Source: Tubiluchus corallicola (Eukaryota; Animalia; Priapulida). From it: a stretch of 64,000 nt of DNA. The notes below the pieces were generated by a model. It had not been told where the DNA came from, did no database searches, and saw only the letters and a list, made by a program, of their open reading frames with translations. The stretch is from assembly GCA_030141605.1 (NCBI GenBank), contig JAQGDQ010001071.1, positions 1-64,000 on the forward strand. Reading direction: 5' to 3'. The position numbers were made by a program, and so were the translations under genes. Below, in pieces: positions 58,801 to 64,000 of the stretch (position 1 is its first letter; every line of letters begins with the position of its first letter).

Positions 58801-61755
58801 TTCACTCTGATGGCTGAAACAAAGAATATGAAATTGTGCTGAACTGTGAAAGACTGAAGTTAGTGTGGACAGTTGTAGACTGGTTCACTCTGATGGCTGA
58901 AACAAAGAATATGAAATTGTGCTGAACTGTGAAAGACTGAAGTTAGTGTTGACAGTTGTAGACTGGTTCACTCTGATGGCTGAAACAAAGAATATGAAAT
59001 TGTGTTGAACTGTGGAGATTGAAGTTAGTGCAGACTGTTAAAGGCTGGTTCACTCTGGTTGTGGAAACAAAGAATATGAAATTGTGTTGAACTGTGAAAG
59101 ACTGAAGTTAGTATGGACAGTTGAAGACTGGTTAGCTCTGGTGGTTGAAACAAAGAATATGAAATTGTGTTGAACTGTGAAAGACTGAAGTTAGTGTGGA
59201 AAGTTGTAGACCGGCTCGCTCTGGTGGTTGAAACAAAGAATATGAAATTGTGCTGAACTGTGAAAGACTGAAGTTAGTGTGGACAGTTGACGACTGGTTT
59301 GCTCTGGTGGTTGAAACAAAGAATATGAAATTGTGTTGAACTGTGAAAGACTGAAGATAGTGTGGACAGTTGTAGACTGGTATTTACATATTACACTATT
59401 ATTTACAAGATGGAAGACACGTAGTGACCATTCAACAGCAATGCTTAAGAAGAAAAAACAGGCTGGCCTTGGCATGTTTTTCGCTAAAAACTTATTGCTG
59501 TAATTTATTATTACAGATGAAACGACAATTGCTGCATATTAAACATATTTGATGTTCTGGAGCTTAAATGTAGTACACCTACCACATTTATGTCGTGCAG
59601 TAATTTGACAACATTACACAGGATAATTTTCCTATGCGAATACAACAGAGTAACTGTTTTAATAAGAAAGAATCATACTCCGACTTTATGTAAAAAAGTA
59701 TTTACCGTGTACCTTTTAGTCACTATATTTCGTCAGTTTTCTTACATATTTTTTCTAAAACAGTTCATTCAATGCACGAGTAAGCAAAGCGGTTCAAATC
59801 TGACATGCGCCAGCTAGAATTTCATTAAAGCGGCAGCGTCCTCGTATAAAAGGAAAGTGAAAAAAATTGTGACTTTGCACTAAACTGCTATCCAGAAAAT
59901 CATATTAATTAAAAAAACAGGATGATTTTTCGTATAATACCCCATTTTCAAGTACGATAAAAAGTATACATTTTAGCACAATTAATAGTACAAAAGCGTT
60001 TCTGATAATTAAATGAAAGATTAAAAACTTAATTAACGGCAGGCGAGCCCCCGTATTGATGACATCACAAACTAACATAATTTTCAACAGCAAAAATATT
60101 CCACGAGTGCGTCGTGCACGTGTTTGTGAAAGCAAAAATTGAAGTACAGTGCTCCTGTAAGACATTCACTGTGCTGTACTAAGACTAAGCAAGTTTTAAG
60201 ATAAAAATTAAAAATAAAAATTTATAGCTGCGCTCACGAATGAGCTGTCGAATGTGTGCAGTTCGTCATAACATAACACACCTGAACTAAGAGGTACAGC
60301 GCCTGACCTGTTTTATGAAATCGTGGTGCTAGTGTCCGTCTAACTAGCAAATCGCGAAATGCATGTAACAGCGAAGAACTAGAGGCGCAAACACGAATTT
60401 GTTCAGAAGACTGGCACCCCGCCTAATTTGTACAATGGGATTTACTATTATTACACTCATATCTTAGTTTGCCGGCCAAAAGTGAAGAATGTCTGATAAT
60501 AAGCTAATACAGTAGGCGCCGTGTATTAGACTCACGGTAATGTAGAATCAATTGCCTAATTGTCTCAAAAGCAAGGGTGAGCATTCTCTACCAGAAATCG
60601 AATTTGAATCGAATCGAATTTGTGACTTTCGAATTCGAATCGAATTTCAGCGTTTCGAATTCGAATTGAGTTTGAAGGATTTCGAACAAGTTTCCGAACT
60701 ACTAGTAAAAACCGGTCTTACAAAGATCATGCATATTACTTGATTTTGTTCGGCAATAAGCCCACTATTAGGTTGTTAAAAATTTTGCACAGAAACTGCA
60801 GCTAAATTGTGCACATTGCATGCTGTTTCAAACATTGTGATGATAAAGAGCGTTTGTGGCTGAAGTGCTTAATTATTCGAATATATATAGTTTTAGGTTC
60901 GGATTGAATTCGTACTAAAAATGCAAAAATATATGAAAACTGTCAGCAATTGACTCAAATAACTCCGCATAATTGATTCTATATTTTTGTACATGTATCG
61001 AGATATGCACTGATGTACATGATGAAAGCAAAGTAGTGGCCCGCCAACTAGCGGTCAGCTCGTGAAAGCACTGTGTCTGTCCCAATTTTCCGATATCCAT
61101 AAAATCAAGGTCCGGCAAATGGACATATGAGTGTGTTATCATCATAATCATTTAATACAATTATATAATTACAATTAATACAATTATACATATTACAAAA
61201 ATATTAATATCAATACAATTATATCATTTTACAATCAGTGCCGCTGACATAGCATGGATTCATAGCAAAACAGATTGTTAATTTAACGTGTTACACGGAA
61301 CCTGTCACAGATGTCACCACTAGTCAGTATACACACACACTGCTTAACAGTTTACGATACTAAAGAGCTAATCAACTTGTATAGACCTACCTTATGCTTC
61401 TAGATCTTGATCGATCGTCTTTTGACCTTGACCTCCTGGTCTCCGATCTTCGGTCTCGGGACTGTCGACTTGATGAGCGGGATCGCTTTCCTTTCTTTTT
61501 ACTGCTCCTATATTGTGAGCTGCGAGACGAAGACCTCTTTCGCGATGACTTTTTCCGCTTCGATGCGTCACGCGAACTGTTACTACTGTAACTGCTTGAT
61601 CGTCTCACTTTGGTTATCTGTTTTAGTTTATCTGATATTTCGCTGCTGGAATTATCTGAACTGGATTTATTTTCCTTTTTTCTCCTTTTTGTGCTTTTTC
61701 GGCTTTTGCTACTTTGTCGTGAAACTTCGCTGTCTGAGCTTGAGTGCCGCCCCAT
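46558..61755 (-). CDS. RSRC1: Arg/Ser-rich coiled-coil protein 1-like (SRrp53); complement join(61391..61755,58171..58467,56074..56110,54013..54064,51168..51200,49972..50102,48965..49165,48227..48319,46558..46578)
   Basis: Nine GT-AG exons with consistent phases (2,2,0,1,1,0,0,0). An N-terminal RS domain is followed by AAERNKVRMQLALKAAAAAD, KRRLAINDIDKGDFV and AHESLFGNEKGREAQWLKKLQELRKRKL, which match my recollection of the human RSRC1 blocks ([36 protein letters not shown]...W.K.L..LR..RL). Confidence 0.88.
46668..47342 (+). mobile_element. piggyBac-like MITE, copy 2
   Basis: Homologous to 30522-31238; left flank TTAA. Confidence 0.75.
47612..48168 (-). mobile_element. Kolobok-like MITE family A copy
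   Basis: Ends ATCATCCCGTGTTCCT|TTAA. Confidence 0.72.
48227..48319 (-). CDS. RSRC1: RSRC1-like exon (LFGNEKGREAQWLKKLQELRKRKLLREGKLT)
   Basis: tttttag acceptor, GTGAGT donor. Confidence 0.88.
48428..48622. repeat. ~21-bp minisatellite ~9x
   Basis: GCATAGGTGAAATCAGACTTTT repeated. Confidence 0.92.
48638..48950 (+). mobile_element. Kolobok-like fragment (inverted copy of 158-469)
   Basis: TTAA|AGGAAGACCGGACGATTGTTTAGACTCAATC terminus. Confidence 0.65.
48965..49165 (-). CDS. RSRC1: RSRC1-like exon (KKEKAKK...SHDKAMFG...IAHES)
   Basis: ttttctaaag acceptor (tandem AAG-AAG, so the start could shift by 3 nt), GTAAGT donor. Confidence 0.85.
49565..49949. mobile_element. hAT-like MITE with TTTCC(C/A)TGAC subterminal repeats
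   Basis: TIR GGGGTTCCCAC / GTGGGAACCCC. Confidence 0.7.
49972..50102 (-). CDS. RSRC1: RSRC1-like exon (GLPLPP...KRRLAINDIDKGDFVPGAFLSGRGITQ)
   Basis: catcttcag acceptor, CAG|GTAGTA donor. Confidence 0.88.
50695..51170. repeat. 37-bp minisatellite ~13x overlapping an RSRC1 splice donor
   Basis: AAGGTAATTTAATTAACCTACCTGTACACAGGTATAT repeated. Confidence 0.95.
51168..51200 (-). CDS. RSRC1: RSRC1-like 33-nt exon (AAADVSLKSKT)
   Basis: tctgttttag acceptor, CAG|GTAGGT donor, phase 1-1. Confidence 0.82.
51290..52405 (+). mobile_element. CR1/L2-type LINE 3' remnant
   Basis: Degenerate YLTYSCIQWGKT...PILFHNCGILNSDDLVSYHIAIYLYK..HSLLP; AATAAA followed by a (TTACAA)n tail. Confidence 0.75.
52664..53055. 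repeat. (CAG/TAG)n compound microsatellite
   Basis: Direct reading; intronic. Confidence 0.95.
53190..53958. repeat. ~22-bp minisatellite ~34x
   Basis: GAGAGTATGGACTCTAGTGGACA repeated. Confidence 0.96.
54013..54064 (-). CDS. RSRC1: RSRC1-like exon (TAAERNKVRMQLALKAA)
   Basis: tttgtttcag acceptor, GTAAGC donor, conserved coiled-coil block. Confidence 0.9.
54300..54800. repeat. ~50-60-bp degenerate tandem repeat with alternating long and short units
   Basis: AATTAACCGACTGTTACAGTAGG repeated. Confidence 0.88.
55426..55919 (+). mobile_element. hAT-like MITE copy 2 with 6-bp TSD
   Basis: TIR as in 42689-43196; TTCTAC on both sides. Confidence 0.85.
56074..56110 (-). CDS. RSRC1: RSRC1-like 37-nt exon (DLIDDIPGFDDM)
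   Basis: ttttgtttcag acceptor, GTGGGT donor; required to convert phase 2 to phase 0. Confidence 0.85.
56546..57070. mobile_element. Tigger/pogo-like MITE
   Basis: TA TSD; 26-bp TIR CAGTGGACTCTCGTTA(T/C)AAGAATCAC; subterminal GATTCTTATA repeats. Confidence 0.9.
58171..58467 (-). CDS. RSRC1: RSRC1-like RS-rich exon
   Basis: ttgtttag acceptor, AG|GTGGGT donor, phase 2-2. Confidence 0.9.
58685..59380. repeat. ~83-bp tandem repeat ~8x
   Basis: GAAACAAAGAATATGAAATTGTG.TGAACTGTGAAAGACTGAAGTTAG repeated. Confidence 0.94.
61391..61755 (-). CDS. RSRC1: RSRC1-like first coding exon (MGRHSSSDSE..., RS-rich)
   Basis: Acceptor tttgtcactag at 61761-63, ATG 5 nt into the exon, AG|GTAGGT donor. Confidence 0.88.
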
Positions 61756-61924
61756 CGCTCCTAGTGACAAAAATATTTTAATTTCAATGTTATTTCAAAA
61801 TGCAAAGCCAGAAACTACAGGAAATATTCAAATTCCGTTTCCCGATTTTTGCTTGATTTTTTGATAAGTAAGGATTTTTACAAATGGTAAAAACAGAGAA
61901 GTGATCTGATACTTGGTTCAGGAC

Positions 61925-63200
61925 TATTTATTTATTTATTAAATATATCCACAACGATCATTACAGCATTGCAAATAAAAGTATTTAATAACATATTTAT
62001 TACTATGTACACAAGATGCCAAGCTGCAAATGACCCATGGGGTACTCAAGAAGTCATTACTTGTTCAGAGCACCCCAAATGAACATGGATTGAGTGTAAT
62101 AGAAAAGAGCAGTAAAGGAGTAGAAAAGAAAGGTTAATAGAGAATAGAAAAAAAGAGAAAGATGTGATGGTATCTGTATGAAGTAACGTGAACTAAAGAA
62201 ATGTACGTGTTAATTGACATAGCCAGCAGCGCAATGGATTCCGACAGTGACAGCAGCATAATTAGTTAAATTGATTTATTCTGTATAATTAGAAGAGATT
62301 TCGCTTGTAAGATTTCTTTTGAAGTTATTTATAGATAAAGAATTTTTCATTTATTTGTTGATGTTATTCCAAAGTCTATGGCCAGTGTAAGTGATCACTA
62401 CACCGGCATAAATGGGAGAAGGGGAGTAAGTGTATAAATGTGGTCAATACTTGTTTTAGCTGTAGAAGAAAAATGTGTAGGCTTAGTAATCAATGGTGTA
62501 AAGTAATTGGCAAAAAGCATATTGGTATAGTCCTGAACACATTGCTTGGAGTCAAACTGTAATAAGTCGTTACTAACATCTCCGCACACATAAGCCAATT
62601 TATCTGTTTTGCTGATTTTATTCAGAAGTTTGTCCATCTCTTCGTGAAAACATCTGAGTGGAGCGTTTGAGTGGTGATAGATCACCCCAAAAATAATATT
62701 TTTACTACAAGTTTTTGTCGACAAGATGTTCAACCTGAATATGGCTATGCCCAGGGGGCAAGGTATCATTTATCAACTTATCATATTCTATTTTTAAATT
62801 TCTTTTAATTTGAAATTCTATAGAATTTTTAATATATAAAGCGCTACCCTACCTGCGTTAGTTACCGAGTTATGTGAAATATAAATGTAACCGGGAAGAG
62901 AACACAAAAAAGATTGATGAATTATCTTTTATACAAGTTTCACTAATGGCGATAACATCAGGAGCCTGAGAAAAATAACAAAGTAAATCGAGCATACACG
63001 AGTAATTTTTGGTTAAACTATTTGCATTCATATGGACAAACAAAAAATCATTTTTATCTGCATTGAGATTGATGTCATTCTTTAGAGATTCGAGTTTATA
63101 ATAATCACATGTGAACTTCACTAAATTGTGATCAGGATCATAAGAATCAGCCTTGTTAGGCTGGCGAGTTCTATGTTGATTTGTTCTAATAATTCGGTTG
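61925..63200 (-). mobile_element. CR1/L2-clade LINE remnant: APE endonuclease fused directly to the ORF2 C-terminus and 3' UTR
   Basis: DPDHN..CDYY, HMNANSL..N, DVIAISET, GVIY, VCGD..DLL, LITKPTH..S..T.IDHIY motifs; (AATA)n tail at ~61925-61942. Confidence 0.88.
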
Positions 63201-63363
63201 CTTTTCGAAACAAAATTACGATTTTTTTACTTTTTAAGACATGGAAATTTTAGAAGAATCGCCATGACAGTAACAGCGCCATCTATTAAACGACAGTCAC
63301 AGTGGATAAGGTATTGAAGATCGTAGATTACATAACATAATTATCTTAAACCATTGTACTTAC

Positions 63364-63700
63364 TTTTATTGAGAACTCGTACCGCCAATTTTTCAAGAAA
63401 ACAACGTGAAAATGATTTTTGTAGGCGCTATTACACTTTCGGACCTCCTAGTTTTTTTCTAGTTTATTACTCGTTTCTAGGCTCGTATCTCATTATTCTC
63501 ACGACTTCAGTGAATGTTTGTGATAATCTGGTGATAATTTAGTCATATGTTTAGTGTATAATACCAAATAATTACGTAGTATTCACAGTTGCACACCATA
63601 CAGTACATATCGCCATCATGTTTGTGTGGAGTCACGTGACGAATTTCGTATTAGTTTTGGCATTATCGAGGCCTAAGTTGAAAGGCACGTGACACACGCG
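63364..63700 (-). promoter_or_regulatory. probable non-coding first exon and promoter of the RSRC1-like gene
   Basis: Minus-strand GTAAGT donor at 63363. Palindromic GTCACGTGAC (~63630) and GGCACGTGAC (~63684) E-boxes, plus CGCCAT YY1-like cores nearby. Confidence 0.4.
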
Positions 63701-64000
63701 TTTACGAAATAAAGAAAAAACCTTTACTTTTATAATCTAATAATATTACAGTAACAAATAGAATTAATGATTAATAATTGTAGTCGCCTTAGAAAATTTC
63801 CTTGTATATGTCAGCTTGGGTCTGACTACACACTGAAGGAGAAACAAAAAATTCGGGACGTCTTTCAAAGAAAAGACAATTTGCAAAATGTCACAGGACT
63901 ATAATGGCATTTTTGGTCTAGAAATATTGTATTTAAGGCCTGCACCCTACCTATAAATACAATTGGTTTGAAGCTCAGCTGCCCTCAGTGATGCTGTAGT

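Overview
Eukaryotic, AT-rich, repeat-dense genomic DNA, probably from an invertebrate metazoan; there are no prokaryotic features. Two convergent intron-rich genes can be assembled by hand from GT-AG exons with consistent phases. (1) On the + strand is the 3' half of a K+-dependent Na+/Ca2+ exchanger (SLC24/NCKX): exons at about 7502 (uncertain), 9701, 20720, 27164, 29701, 35003 and 38281, stop at 38485-38487, with the alpha-2 motif GTSVPD...[16 protein letters not shown]. Its 5' half lies upstream of the window. (2) On the - strand is a complete RSRC1-like Arg/Ser-rich splicing protein gene with 9 coding exons (61755 to 46558). The introns hold many non-autonomous DNA transposons (piggyBac-, Kolobok-, hAT- and Tc1/pogo-like), CR1/L2 and RTE LINE remnants, tRNA- and 5S-derived elements, and more than 20 minisatellites; most ORFs in the supplied track are repeat artefacts. 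The most notable oddities are: a 37-bp minisatellite of concatenated GT..AG units grown from a real RSRC1 splice donor; a 70-bp array multiplying the candidate RSRC1 poly(A) signal; a partial duplicate of the NCKX alpha-2 exon that forms a frame-preserving 42-nt cryptic exon; an interrupted 5S retrocopy with 30-bp flanking direct repeats; an RT-less, internally deleted LINE; and an inverted LINE-end pair with reciprocal repeat expansions. I cannot support a wholly new multi-gene system. All coordinates and copy numbers were read by eye.
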